NCBI RefSeq assembly: GCF_000734015.1
Contig: NZ_CP008796.1
Span: forward strand, 1,590,001-1,622,000
Direction of reading: 5' to 3'
DNA length: 32,000 nucleotides
From: Thermodesulfobacterium commune DSM 2178
GTDB taxonomy: Bacteria > Desulfobacterota > Thermodesulfobacteria > Thermodesulfobacteriales > Thermodesulfobacteriaceae
The notes beneath the pieces were generated by a model. The model made no database searches, was not told the origin of the DNA, and saw nothing but the letters and a program-made list of their open reading frames with translations. Both the position numbers and the translations under genes were made by a program. Positions 7,344 through 17,018 of this stretch are shown here, piece by piece. Position 1 is the stretch's first letter. Each line of letters opens with the position of its first letter.

Positions 7344-8620
7344 ATATACCTAAGGGACAAAGGCTTCACATAGCCCTTTTTGGAAGGAGAAACGTGGGAA
7401 AATCTTCTTTGATTAATGCTTTAACCGGACAAGAACTTGCGATTGTTTCGGATATTCCAGGAACTACCACTGACCCGGTAGAAAAAAGTATGGAGATTCT
7501 TCCCTTAGGGCCTGTGGTAATCATAGATACAGCTGGAATTGACGATGTAGGTAAACTTGGGGAGTTGCGGAAAAAGAAGTCTTATGAAGTGTTAAATAAA
7601 GCAGATTTGGTGTTGCTGGTAATTGACCCTATGACAGGTTTCGGAGAATTTGAGGAAGAGGTAGTAAAAAAGGCTAAGGAGTATGATACTCCGTTAGTGC
7701 ATGTGATAAATAAAATAGACCTTTATCCTCAGGCTAAAACACAAAAATTTCCAGAACCTAAGGTTTTCGTAAGTGCTAAGACTAAAGAAGGGATAGACGA
7801 GTTAAAACAGGTGATCATAAAGCATGCACCCAAAGACTGGGCTCTTCCAACTATAGTAGGAGATTTGATAAAACCTGGAGATTTTGTGGTATGTGTAGTC
7901 CCGGTAGATAAAGCAGCTCCTAAAGGTAGACTTATTTTGCCTCAACAGATGGTTATAAGAGACATTTTAGATAATGAAGCTATCGCCTTGGTGGTAAAAG
8001 AAAGGGAGCTTAGGTTTGTTTTTGAAAAGACCAAGGTTAAACCAAGTCTGGTGATAACAGATGCCTCGGTTTACACCAAAGTTTCTGCAGACACTCCACC
8101 AGACATAAGGCTTACGTCTTTTTCTGTTCTTTTCGCAAGATATAAGGGGGATTTGCAAACCCTGGTAGAAGGGGTTCTTGCTGTAAAGACACTTAAGCCT
8201 GGAGATAAAGTGTTGATCGCAGAGGCTTGTACCCATCATCCTGTAGAAGATGATATAGGTAGGGTAAAAATTCCCAGATGGCTTAGGGCTCAGGTAGGAC
8301 AAGACCTTGAAATAGAGGTAAAAGCAGGTGGAGGGCCTCTTCCTGAAAACCTTGAGCAATATAAACTGATCGTTCATTGCGGAGCTTGCATGCTAAATAG
8401 AAAAGAAATGCTTTCAAGGATTATGCAGGCTAAGAGTGCCAAGGTTCCTATCGTAAATTATGGGGTAATGTTGGCCTACATGCATGGGATTTTAAAAAGA
8501 GCTCTTTCTCCTTTTCCTCATTTGCAACGGTTGGTTGTTTCTGAAATCAGAGATTATAAAAAAATCGCAGATGACTTTAAATGCATAAAAGCTTTCTTTT
8601 TAAAAAGAACAAACAACTAA
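7340..8620 (+). CDS. hydF: [FeFe] hydrogenase maturase HydF (GTPase scaffold)
   Basis: GTPase motifs are present: GRRNVGKSS (P-loop), DTAG and NKID. The C-terminal cluster motif is EACTHH...HCGAC. I moved the start from 7274 to ATG 7340 (MNIPKGQRLHIALFGRR), which overlaps the upstream stop. Confidence 0.9.
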   Translation: MNIPKGQRLHIALFGRRNVGKSSLINALTGQELAIVSDIPGTTTDPVEKSMEILPLGPVVIIDTAGIDDVGKLGELRKKKSYEVLNKADLVLLVIDPMTGFGEFEEEVVKKAKEYDTPLVHVINKIDLYPQAKTQKFPEPKVFVSAKTKEGIDELKQVIIKHAPKDWALPTIVGDLIKPGDFVVCVVPVDKAAPKGRLILPQQMVIRDILDNEAIALVVKERELRFVFEKTKVKPSLVITDASVYTKVSADTPPDIRLTSFSVLFARYKGDLQTLVEGVLAVKTLKPGDKVLIAEACTHHPVEDDIGRVKIPRWLRAQVGQDLEIEVKAGGGPLPENLEQYKLIVHCGACMLNRKEMLSRIMQAKSAKVPIVNYGVMLAYMHGILKRALSPFPHLQRLVVSEIRDYKKIADDFKCIKAFFLKRTNN

Positions 8621-9618
8621 CCGAAAACAACCTGATAGAAAAGGCTTTATCAGGGATAAAGTTTTCAAAAGAAGAAATTGCCTTTCTTCTTTTAGAAGCC
8701 AACCCTGAGTGGGTATATGAGATAGCTAATGAGATAAAGAAACGAGTAAAAGGAAATGTAGTTTATTTAAGAGCGATCATCGAGTTTTCCAACTATTGTA
8801 GAAACAACTGCCTTTATTGTGGCATAAGAAGAGATAACAGGGAACTCAAACGTTATCGCATGAAGGAAGAAGAAATTTTAGAAATAGCAGAAAAAATAAG
8901 CAAACAAGGTTTTAAGACCATAGTTTTACAATCTGGTGAGGACCCTTTTTGGGATGCTAAGAGGTTGAGTCGTTTGATTAAAGAAATTAAAAATTTAGGG
9001 GTGGTAGTTACCCTATCTGTAGGTGAAATGGATTATGAGGATTATAAGGTTTTAAAAGAGGCTGGAGCTGACAGGTTTTTACTCAAACATGAAACGATAG
9101 ACAAAAGACTTTTTAGTTGGTTAAAGCCAGATACTAATTTAACAAAGAGGGTTCGTTGTTTAAACTGGTTGAAGAAGCTTGGATATGAAACTGGAACAGG
9201 TTGTATCGTAGGGTTACCTGGACAGAGAATAGAGACCTTGGTCGAAGACCTTCTTTTTTTACAAGAAATTAGCCCAGAGATGGTAGGGCATGGCCCATTT
9301 ATTCCTCATCCTCAAACTCCTCTGGCTTTTTTCCCTTCTGGAAACCCTTGGTTAACCCTTAAACTGATAGCCTTAACCAGGATGATTCTTCCAAAAGCTA
9401 ACATTCCTGCCACTACAGCTTTAAACGTTTTAGCACCTGATTTAAGGTTTAAGGCTTTTCTAGCTGGTGCTAATGTTCTTATGCCAGACTTAACTCCAGA
9501 TCAATATAAGCTCCATTATGAAATATATCCAGGAAAAGGAAGTTACCGGATAAATTTAGAGGAATATTTTCGGTTTTTTGAAAAAGAAAACCTAAGGACT
9601 GACCTGAAACCTGTTTAG
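8581..9618 (+). CDS. hydE: [FeFe] hydrogenase maturase HydE (radical SAM, biotin-synthase-like)
   Basis: 345-aa ORF with radical SAM motif CRNNCLYCGIRRDN. It has BioB/HydE-like length and layout and is the last gene of the hyd cluster. Confidence 0.85.
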   Translation: MHKSFLFKKNKQLTENNLIEKALSGIKFSKEEIAFLLLEANPEWVYEIANEIKKRVKGNVVYLRAIIEFSNYCRNNCLYCGIRRDNRELKRYRMKEEEILEIAEKISKQGFKTIVLQSGEDPFWDAKRLSRLIKEIKNLGVVVTLSVGEMDYEDYKVLKEAGADRFLLKHETIDKRLFSWLKPDTNLTKRVRCLNWLKKLGYETGTGCIVGLPGQRIETLVEDLLFLQEISPEMVGHGPFIPHPQTPLAFFPSGNPWLTLKLIALTRMILPKANIPATTALNVLAPDLRFKAFLAGANVLMPDLTPDQYKLHYEIYPGKGSYRINLEEYFRFFEKENLRTDLKPV

Positions 9619-9641
9619 TCTAAGTTAGGTCAGCCCTTAGG
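9591..9641 (-). terminator. Candidate hairpin terminator between convergent hydE and the TauE-like genes
   Basis: The arms are CCTAAGGACTGACCT (9591-9605) and AGGTCAGCCCTTAGG (9627-9641), matching at 14 of 15 bp with a 21-nt loop that contains the hydE stop codon. On the minus strand the stem is followed by TTTTCTTTTT (complement of 9581-9590). Confidence 0.4.
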
Positions 9642-9656
9642 TGTAAAGATCTTAGA

Positions 9657-10061
9657 TTAAGGAATAAACGGAACGTTTAAAAGTTTTAGCCCCAAGTAAG
9701 TTATCCCTAAACAAGCCACTCTTTTAACCCAGACAGGGCTTAATCTTTTAGCAATTCTAGGTCCTACAAATCCGGCAGCAATTGCTCCTACAGCCATGAC
9801 TACAAACAATAAAAGGTCAGTTTGTCCAAAAAAGAAGTAACGTGAGCTTGCCATTAAGGTGTTGAAGAAAATGGCTAAGAGAGAACTACCGACCACCACA
9901 TAAATCGGAAGACCCATAATTACTGTCATAAGGGGAACTACAAAAGGTCCTCCTCCAAAACCACCTAAACTGGAGGCAACTGCTATGAGAAAACCTCCTA
10001 TGGCACCTATTATCATGTTAGCATAAAACTCTTGTCCCCAAAATTCTATTCTTAACTTCAT
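9657..10061 (-). CDS. TauE/SafE (DUF81) family membrane protein, second 4-TM half
   Basis: Four hydrophobic segments and the motif GGFGGGPFVVPLM. ATG at 10061 lies 8 nt downstream of AGGAGG. The track's GTG at 10070 overlaps the SD and is unlikely. Confidence 0.7.
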   Translation of the reverse strand: MKLRIEFWGQEFYANMIIGAIGGFLIAVASSLGGFGGGPFVVPLMTVIMGLPIYVVVGSSLLAIFFNTLMASSRYFFFGQTDLLLFVVMAVGAIAAGFVGPRIAKRLSPVWVKRVACLGITYLGLKLLNVPFIP

Positions 10062-10073
10062 GGTTTTCACCTC

Positions 10074-11348
10074 CTAACTAGATTTTTTTTCCTTAGCTTC
10101 TTTAGCACGTTTTAGGTACTCCTGAAGTATAGCCCTTTCCTTCTTATTCTTTTCAAGATATCCTGGTGTTGTCTGCCAGAAGAGAAGGGCAGCAAGGATC
10201 AACAGGATAATACCAAAGATGAACTTATACTCATCTACAGTTACAAACTGGTTTAATAGAGGACCTATAAAACCACCGATTAGCATAAAAATACCTACTC
10301 CTATACCAAGTTTCCAGTTGATAAATCCTATTTTTGAATAGTTGTAGATTCCTGCGGCTTGACTAAAGAGAACTGTTGGCATAACTGAACCAGCAACCAC
10401 ACCGTGAGGCAATCCATAGATGAGAATCAATAAGGGATTTAAGATAAAACCACCACCTGCTCCCATGATCACCCCAAAGGTACAAATAACAAAGGATAAA
10501 ATGAGGGGTCCAAAAATGTTGGTAGAAGTTCCAGCTACAGGAAAATATACAGTAGGAAAGGAAATTTGATGGGTTAGTTGAATTGGATCGCTTTTTACTT
10601 CCTTGTTGGCTACAGCTAATACAGTAAAATCTCCTTTAGGGGCATTACCAGGAAGAGTTATCTCTGCTTCAAAGGTACCATCGGGATTATTCTTGATTTT
10701 AGTAAGCACAAAGATTTTTTCAAAATCCTTTAACCTGGTTTGAATTAATCTGGCAGCCTCTTTGGTTATTTCTTTTTTATCAGTAAGAGGATCTAATTTA
10801 ATACCTCTTGAACCTATAATGGCTCTTAGAACTGTAGATTTCCACACATCGATTTGTTTAATTTCTTTAGGAGGAGTGATAAAGGCAACATTAGCGTTGC
10901 TTTCTCTTAAAAATTCTCCTATTTTCCATTTCTTATTTTGTTTGTACTTTTGATAGATTTCCTTTACCGGTTTTTCTTCTACCGTACCGTTTTTGTCTAT
11001 CTTAGCTATATAGTCCTCATTAATCCAAATTTGATAGAAAGCAGGTATTTCTTTACTTAAATAAAATTTAAAATCTTTCCTATCAAGTCTACTTACCTGG
11101 ACTTTTTCTTTTGAAGTGATTTCGATGAAGTTTACTTTGTAGCCCTCAGGGACTTTACCTGTAAGTTTAATCTTTTCACCACCTTTGAAAGAGGTTTTGT
11201 CAGCCTTTAACTCAATCTTTAAAGGTATTGCTTCAGCCTCAGGTTTGGTAGTATTCCCCTGTGGCTGAGCTAAAAGGTTTTTAGAAAAAACTAATAAAAA
11301 GAAAAACAAAAGAAAAGACCATAAGTTTAACTTAAACTTGTACCGCAT
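10074..11348 (-). CDS. Signal peptide + ~290-aa extracytoplasmic domain fused to the first 4-TM half of a TauE/SafE (DUF81) permease
   Basis: Start taken at ATG 11348 (MRYKFKLNLWSFLLFFFLLVFSKNLLA), with GGAGGGAGG upstream. The C-terminal third has four TM segments with GAGGGFILNPLL. The stop is a TAG at 10074-10076. Confidence 0.7.
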   Translation of the reverse strand: MRYKFKLNLWSFLLFFFLLVFSKNLLAQPQGNTTKPEAEAIPLKIELKADKTSFKGGEKIKLTGKVPEGYKVNFIEITSKEKVQVSRLDRKDFKFYLSKEIPAFYQIWINEDYIAKIDKNGTVEEKPVKEIYQKYKQNKKWKIGEFLRESNANVAFITPPKEIKQIDVWKSTVLRAIIGSRGIKLDPLTDKKEITKEAARLIQTRLKDFEKIFVLTKIKNNPDGTFEAEITLPGNAPKGDFTVLAVANKEVKSDPIQLTHQISFPTVYFPVAGTSTNIFGPLILSFVICTFGVIMGAGGGFILNPLLILIYGLPHGVVAGSVMPTVLFSQAAGIYNYSKIGFINWKLGIGVGIFMLIGGFIGPLLNQFVTVDEYKFIFGIILLILAALLFWQTTPGYLEKNKKERAILQEYLKRAKEAKEKKSS

Positions 11349-11534
11349 AACCTGCCTCCCTCCTTTGGATTTTTGAGGTTTCTCGATCAAATATCATGCC
11401 TAAACAAAAAATGGTTAAAATTAGAAAAATAAAGAATTTTAAAAGATAAAAAATATATAGGTTTTGATACTTTGGACCTTTAAGCGCAGGGGGTTGTCCC
11501 GTTAAGGACAGATCGTTACAAAAGGTTTTGTTAG

Positions 11535-12974
11535 TTAGGTAAAAAACCTCAGGTTGTATTTTCTGAAAAGGAATTCTTGGAAGGTTTTGATCGTTTTGAA
11601 AACCTGTTTTAGTTGATCTCTGTCTTTTTTAGAAAGTTCTTGCGGGTTTAAATAGTTGTCAGGGGGTTGTCCGGTTTGGAGTTTTTTGGCTTGATTCAAA
11701 AATTGAAGAGAAAGGATAAACCTGTATCCTTCTTTTAATTCAGAGGCAAAGTCTAAAGAGAGAATCCCTTCCTCTTTTAGAGCATCGATTCTATCAAAGG
11801 TATTTGTATGCCAGAGGTTGTACTCTAAAGCCAGAGCTCTAATCCCCTGGACTATGGGAAAAATGGCTGTTTTTTTAAGGTCTAATTTACCTTTGTTAGG
11901 GCCTTCTTTTTCGGTTATAAACCTTCCCAAGAAATTAAGAGGTGATTCAAACCTTATGGCTTCTGCCGCAAGACACACGATAAGTCCTTTATTTTTACTT
12001 ATTTTTTCTTTTATCCAACCTCTGATCTCCTTTTCTATCTCTTCATCTCCATAAACCATTCGAAAATCTAAAAAAATACAAAGATTAAGCAGAGCCTCTT
12101 TTTGAGAACAGTCCATCCAGTTAGAAAGCCGCTTTTTCCAGGTTTGCAGATCTCCTCGCCAAAGGGGATTAGAAATCATAACCCCACCAGGACAAGGAGG
12201 AAATCCTACTTTTAAAAGATTTTCGATAAAAGTAGAAGAAAAGCTTTCAAAAAAAAGGTCTACCTCTTTTTTTCTATCTGGCAAATCTTCATAGATTAAG
12301 GCGTTATCTTGGTCGGTTTTAAAACTTTGTTCTTTTCTTCCTTCACTTCCAAGTACAAAGAATCCAAACTTAGCCGAAAAATAAAGCTCTGTCTCCTTTA
12401 AGGTTATCTCCCAGGTTTTTTTTATAAACCTGTCGTTTATTTCTGCAAGGTATTTCCCTAAGTACTCCGGGTTAAAACCTTCGGAAATTTGATTTAACAA
12501 TGCTTCTTTTACCAGGCTATAAAGTTTGGCTAACTCCTCTAACTCGTGGGCCAACTCCACTTGATATAGAAGAGAAACCAGGTTTTTGCTTTGAAAACTT
12601 ATGATGTCAGTGTCTTCAAGTACTCCTTGAAGGATTCCTTTATCAAAAACCGCTACTTTTCTTAGTCTTTTTTCTGCCATAAGGAGGATGGCTTCAAACA
12701 AACGGTGGTCTGTAGAAAGGCTGACAAGAGGAAAGGTGGCTATTTCTTTAGCTTTTATTCCAAAAGGGTCTTTCCGTTGATATACCACTTTTTGTAAAAT
12801 GTCCCTTTCAGTGATAATCCCTAAGCCTTCTTTTCCTTGCACCACAACAAAACTGTACTCTTTTTCTACCATAAGTTTAATTACTTTATCTAAGGAATCT
12901 TCTTCCCCCACAATAAGAGGAGTTTTTAAGGGTAGATTTTTTAAAGGTTGATCAAAAAATGAATTCTGGAGCAT
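11535..12974 (-). CDS. CBS-pair + DUF294-type nucleotidyltransferase + DUF294_C protein (catalytic motif intact)
   Basis: 479-aa ORF. It has a CBS-like N-terminus (GIITERDIL...VAVFDKGILQGVLEDTDI) and the nucleotidyltransferase motif LGSEGRKEQSFKTDQDNALI. The C-terminal helical domain is similar to that of ORF 13641-15455. Confidence 0.75.
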   Translation of the reverse strand: MLQNSFFDQPLKNLPLKTPLIVGEEDSLDKVIKLMVEKEYSFVVVQGKEGLGIITERDILQKVVYQRKDPFGIKAKEIATFPLVSLSTDHRLFEAILLMAEKRLRKVAVFDKGILQGVLEDTDIISFQSKNLVSLLYQVELAHELEELAKLYSLVKEALLNQISEGFNPEYLGKYLAEINDRFIKKTWEITLKETELYFSAKFGFFVLGSEGRKEQSFKTDQDNALIYEDLPDRKKEVDLFFESFSSTFIENLLKVGFPPCPGGVMISNPLWRGDLQTWKKRLSNWMDCSQKEALLNLCIFLDFRMVYGDEEIEKEIRGWIKEKISKNKGLIVCLAAEAIRFESPLNFLGRFITEKEGPNKGKLDLKKTAIFPIVQGIRALALEYNLWHTNTFDRIDALKEEGILSLDFASELKEGYRFILSLQFLNQAKKLQTGQPPDNYLNPQELSKKDRDQLKQVFKTIKTFQEFLFRKYNLRFFT

Positions 12975-12975
12975 T

Positions 12976-13623
12976 TTAAATAATTTTTAGCGGTAGTTGT
13001 TTCAGTTTTTTATTCCTGTAAGAATAAACTAATTTTAAAAAAAGCAAAGCAGTCATGTAGGCATCTTCTAAAGCATTGTGAAAACTGGTGGTAGGTAAAT
13101 CATATTCTTCTAACAGTTCATTAAGCTTAGGAATTCTATCTAAGGTCTTTTTAGGATAAAGGTCTAAGACATCAAACCCATAAAAAGAGAGGTTAAGGTT
13201 TAGTTCTTCTTTGAGATGTTTTTTTAGCATTTCTAAGTCAAACTCTAAAAAATATCCTACCAATACTGCACCCTTGGTAAACTCTAAAAATTGATGCAAG
13301 GCCTCCTTTCTTTCAAGACCGTTTTTAAGTTTGTCTGGTGTAATCCCGTGAATCTTGATAGAGTCTTCAATTCTACACAGGTCTGTTTTTAAGTATAAAA
13401 TTAGTTTTTCAGAAAAAGAAAGGGTAAGATCAACAATCTTATAAGCACCTACAGAGATAACCTCGTCTTTTTTTAAATCAAGCCCTGTGGTTTCGGTGTC
13501 TATCACCACGAAAGTGGTATCTTTTACTTTTTTATTTAGGTCGACCTCCCAACTTAAGTTTTTCTTTTTTCGAAAAAAAGTATAGTAAGTCCTCTTTAAA
13601 GTTGTGGTTAACACCTTCCACAC
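12976..13623 (-). CDS. DEDDh 3'-5' exonuclease (DnaQ / DNA polymerase III epsilon-like)
   Basis: 215-aa ORF with Exo I VIDTETTGL, Exo II GYFLEFDLEML and Exo III FHNALEDAYMTA. The gap to the downstream gene is 1 nt. Confidence 0.8.
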   Translation of the reverse strand: MWKVLTTTLKRTYYTFFRKKKNLSWEVDLNKKVKDTTFVVIDTETTGLDLKKDEVISVGAYKIVDLTLSFSEKLILYLKTDLCRIEDSIKIHGITPDKLKNGLERKEALHQFLEFTKGAVLVGYFLEFDLEMLKKHLKEELNLNLSFYGFDVLDLYPKKTLDRIPKLNELLEEYDLPTTSFHNALEDAYMTALLFLKLVYSYRNKKLKQLPLKII

Positions 13624-13640
13624 CTTCTTAAGATCCTCGT

Positions 13641-15455
13641 TTAACTTAAATAGCTTAGACGGTATTTTTCAAAAAGCATTTTTTGTAAATTTTCTATGAA
13701 TTTAAAGACTTCTTTTAAAAGGTTTAGGTCTCCTTTTTCTAACTCAGATGGGTCTAAATAATCGTGAGGTTCTTGTTCTCGTTTAAAATTATCTATCTGA
13801 ATTTTAAAACGTAAGGTGGTAAGAAATTTATAAGCCTCTTTCAGGTCTTTAGCTGTTTCAGGTTTAATACTTCCTGAGGATTCTAAACAAGAAATCCGTT
13901 TAAACGTATTCATGGTTTTAATCCCCTGTTCTAAACTAAGTACCCTTACCATACAAACCAAAGGTAAAACCCCTGATTTAAACAGGTTTAATTTACCTTT
14001 AAAAGGACCAGATTTTTCTACCAGGAGTTCTTTAAACAAACCTAAAGGTGGTTTGAGTTTAACTGCATCCAAGGCTAAATATGGTAAAATACGGTCGTTT
14101 TTTTTAATCTTTTGTAAAATATTTTGGTAAAAAAAGTCTGCCTTTTCAGGTTGGATACCTATGAAACGAAGGTCAAAGAAATTAGCTTTTTTACCTATAT
14201 CTTTTAGGTCAGGATAGGCTATCCAATGAGAAAAAGTTTTTTCCCATTCGTTTAAGGTTTTTACCCAGTAAGGTTGGGTAAGATATTCCTCTTCTATTTC
14301 AACCCCTAAAAACTTCAGATTTTTGGCCAATAACAAAGCAACCTCAAAAGCTTCTTCTGAGTTGTTTTTAATTAGAAAAATTTTTAGTTTTGTTTTAAAA
14401 CTGGCTTCTCTTCTTCCATGGGCTCCGATAACCATTAGGCTTGGTAGAAGAGAAAGGTTTCTTTCAGATAGGGTTAAAAGAACTGCCTTTTTGATGATCC
14501 CATCCCTTATTTCAGAAAGATATCTTCCTATCAACTCTGGGTCTTTTTCTTTTATGGCAAAATCTATGGCAGAATAAAAACAGTGGTAATAAATTTTTTT
14601 TAGTTCTTCTAAAGAGTTGGTTCTTTCTATTTCTTTAGTTATGGTAATAAGGTTTTTGCTGCCAAGGGAGATGATGTCGGTATCCTCTAAAATACCTACA
14701 GGTATTCCTTCATCAACCACCACTATTTTCCTTATACGGTGTTGTGTCATAAGAAGCATAGCTTGAGATAAGGGGGCTTCTTTTTCTAAATACACCAAAG
14801 GGAAAGAAGCTATATTTTTGGCTTTAGTTTCTTTTTTATCCAACCCCTGATATAGAAGTTTTTTGATAACGTCCCGCTCAGTTATAATCCCATATCCTTT
14901 TTCTAATTTAACTAAACAAGCGGTGACGTTTTTTTCTACCATCTCCTGAATAACCTTTTCTACGGAGTTTTCTCCATCTACGATGACAGGGGGTTTTAGG
15001 TTCAATTTTGAGAGAGGGACAGAGCTAAAAGTTCCCCACTGGTCTTTTTTCTGGTTTAAAGCTTCTGCCAGTTTTTGAGCCAGTTTTTGGGTATAAAAAC
15101 TCTGGACTACTGAATAGTTTTGAAAAAGTTTTAAAAAATCTTCTTTTTTAATTAAAAATACCACGGTATCTTCTACCGCACGGGCTGAATGGTCAAGTTC
15201 CTGATCAGTTATTAAGGGTAAATAACCAAAGGTTTCTCCTTCTTGAAGTTGGTCTAAGATAGTACCTTTTTTTTCTAAGACTACATATCCTTTCCTTATA
15301 AGATATAAATATTCAGAGAGGTCTTTTTCCCGGTAGATAACCTCGTTTTTAGGATAGACTTTTACCTTTATTTTTTCTACTAAAGTAGATATAACAGATG
15401 AGGGGAGCCCCCTAAAAGGGGGTACTTCCCTTATAAACCTTTCTGCATCAAGCAT
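13641..15455 (-). CDS. Cyclic-nucleotide-binding domain + CBS pair + DUF294-type nucleotidyltransferase-like domain (degenerate catalytic motif) + DUF294_C
   Basis: 604-aa ORF. The N-terminal cNMP-binding-like region reads FRGLP...YREKD...YLIRKGYV...GETFGY. It is followed by a CBS pair (GIITERDVI...IVVVDEGIPVGILEDTDI) and a nucleotidyltransferase-like segment, IGAHGRREASFKTKLKIFLI. Confidence 0.75.
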   Translation of the reverse strand: MLDAERFIREVPPFRGLPSSVISTLVEKIKVKVYPKNEVIYREKDLSEYLYLIRKGYVVLEKKGTILDQLQEGETFGYLPLITDQELDHSARAVEDTVVFLIKKEDFLKLFQNYSVVQSFYTQKLAQKLAEALNQKKDQWGTFSSVPLSKLNLKPPVIVDGENSVEKVIQEMVEKNVTACLVKLEKGYGIITERDVIKKLLYQGLDKKETKAKNIASFPLVYLEKEAPLSQAMLLMTQHRIRKIVVVDEGIPVGILEDTDIISLGSKNLITITKEIERTNSLEELKKIYYHCFYSAIDFAIKEKDPELIGRYLSEIRDGIIKKAVLLTLSERNLSLLPSLMVIGAHGRREASFKTKLKIFLIKNNSEEAFEVALLLAKNLKFLGVEIEEEYLTQPYWVKTLNEWEKTFSHWIAYPDLKDIGKKANFFDLRFIGIQPEKADFFYQNILQKIKKNDRILPYLALDAVKLKPPLGLFKELLVEKSGPFKGKLNLFKSGVLPLVCMVRVLSLEQGIKTMNTFKRISCLESSGSIKPETAKDLKEAYKFLTTLRFKIQIDNFKREQEPHDYLDPSELEKGDLNLLKEVFKFIENLQKMLFEKYRLSYLS

Positions 15456-15456
15456 G

Positions 15457-17001
15457 CTATTCTATCCCCACACCCAGATAGGTTCTAACCTTTTCCTCTT
15501 CAAACTTTTCTTGAGCTTCTTTTTCTGGTGTCAAAAGAGATACTAAGATAGCCATGATAAAACTTGCTGGCATAGAAATAAGAGCAGGATTTTTCCAAGG
15601 GAAGATGGGAGCAGGGTTTTTAAAAATGTCTACCCAAACAGTGGGACTCAAGATGATAAGCACCACAGAAAGGGTAACCCCTGTCAAGATGCCTGCTACT
15701 ACACCTGCAGTAGAAAATTTTTTCCAGAAGATAGAAAGAAGCAGAGAAGGAAAGTTAGCACTGGCAGCTATAGCAAAGGCAAGTCCTACCATAAAAGCTA
15801 CGTTTTGTCCCTTAAAAGCTATACCAAGAAAAATCGCAAGGATTCCTAAGATAAGGGTGGCTAACCTTGCCACTTTTACCTGTTCCTCTTCTGTGGCTCT
15901 TCCTTTTTTTATTACGTTGGTGTATAAGTCATGAGAAAGGGCTCCTGCTCCTGCTAAAGTAAGTCCTGCAACCACCGCAAGAATGGTAGCAAAGGCTACC
16001 GCAGCAATAAATCCTAAAAATATCGTTCCTCCCACAGCCTCCGCCAAAAGAGGAGCTGCCATATTTCCGCCTTTTTCTATACTTTTAATCAAGTTTTCTC
16101 CTACTATAGCAGCCGAACCAAATCCTATGATAAAAGTGAGAATGTAAAAGTAACCGATAAATCCTGTAGCATAAAAAACCGACTTTCTGGCTTCTTTAGC
16201 GTCAGGAACGGTATAAAATCTCATAAGTATGTGAGGGAGACCTGCTGTTCCAAACATAAGGGCTATACCAAGAGAAATAGCATCCCATGGATTGGCTACA
16301 AGACCTCCTGGAAGAAGCCTTTTTTCTCCATACTTTTCACTGATAAAACCAAACAATTCATTAAAGCTAAAACCAAACTTAACCAACGTGAAAATGGCAA
16401 GCACCGTAGCTCCACCAAGCAAAAGACAAGCCTTGATAATCTGAACCCAGGTAGTAGCAATCATGCCACCGAAAAGAACATAAATAATCATTATAGTCCC
16501 TACTAAAACCACCGCCAAATCATAGGGTAATCCAAACAAAAGTTTTATAAGAGAACCAGCTCCTACCATCTGAGCAATAAGGTAAAGAAGAACGGTAGCC
16601 AAAGACCCAAAAGAAGAGGCAATCCTTATAGGCTTTTGCTTAAGCCTGTAAGCTACCACATCTGCAAAGGTATACTTACCAAGGTTTCTTAATTGCTCAG
16701 CTATAAGAAACATCACTATCGGCCAGCCTACCAAAAATCCGATGGAATAAATCAAACCATCATAACCTTTTAACGCTACCAACCCAGCAATCCCAAGGAA
16801 AGAGGCTGCACTCATGTAATCTCCAGCCAACGCAAGTCCATTTTGAAATCCAGTGATACTTCTTCCTGCTGCATAGTACTCAGAAGCTGTCTTAGTCCGT
16901 TTAGCAGCCAAGTAGGTAATATAAAGAGTAGTTAAAGTAAATAAAAAGAAAAACAAAATAGAAACCACGTTAGGTTGCCCTAAGGTTGTCTGCATTTCCA
17001 T
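15457..17001 (-). CDS. actP: Sodium:solute symporter family protein, cation/acetate symporter ActP-like
   Basis: 514-aa polytopic ORF of about 13 TM segments with SSF-type composition. It is immediately preceded by a DUF485/YjcH-like gene, as at characterised actP loci. Confidence 0.8.
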   Translation of the reverse strand: MEMQTTLGQPNVVSILFFFLFTLTTLYITYLAAKRTKTASEYYAAGRSITGFQNGLALAGDYMSAASFLGIAGLVALKGYDGLIYSIGFLVGWPIVMFLIAEQLRNLGKYTFADVVAYRLKQKPIRIASSFGSLATVLLYLIAQMVGAGSLIKLLFGLPYDLAVVLVGTIMIIYVLFGGMIATTWVQIIKACLLLGGATVLAIFTLVKFGFSFNELFGFISEKYGEKRLLPGGLVANPWDAISLGIALMFGTAGLPHILMRFYTVPDAKEARKSVFYATGFIGYFYILTFIIGFGSAAIVGENLIKSIEKGGNMAAPLLAEAVGGTIFLGFIAAVAFATILAVVAGLTLAGAGALSHDLYTNVIKKGRATEEEQVKVARLATLILGILAIFLGIAFKGQNVAFMVGLAFAIAASANFPSLLLSIFWKKFSTAGVVAGILTGVTLSVVLIILSPTVWVDIFKNPAPIFPWKNPALISMPASFIMAILVSLLTPEKEAQEKFEEEKVRTYLGVGIE

Positions 17002-17018
17002 CTTACATCCCCCTTATT

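Noticed and set aside
10074-10076. In-frame TAG between the two TauE halves as pyrrolysine or programmed read-through
   Set aside because: I see no pyl genes in the window. A strong SD plus ATG immediately follows, which favours two separate polypeptides or a simple nonsense mutation. Being in the same frame is a 1-in-3 chance event.
11391-11534. Short hairpin TGTCC-N-GGACA (about 11495-11512) as a terminator after the CBS/DUF294 gene
   Set aside because: The stem is only 5 bp, no T-tract follows on the minus strand, and it cannot be distinguished from chance.
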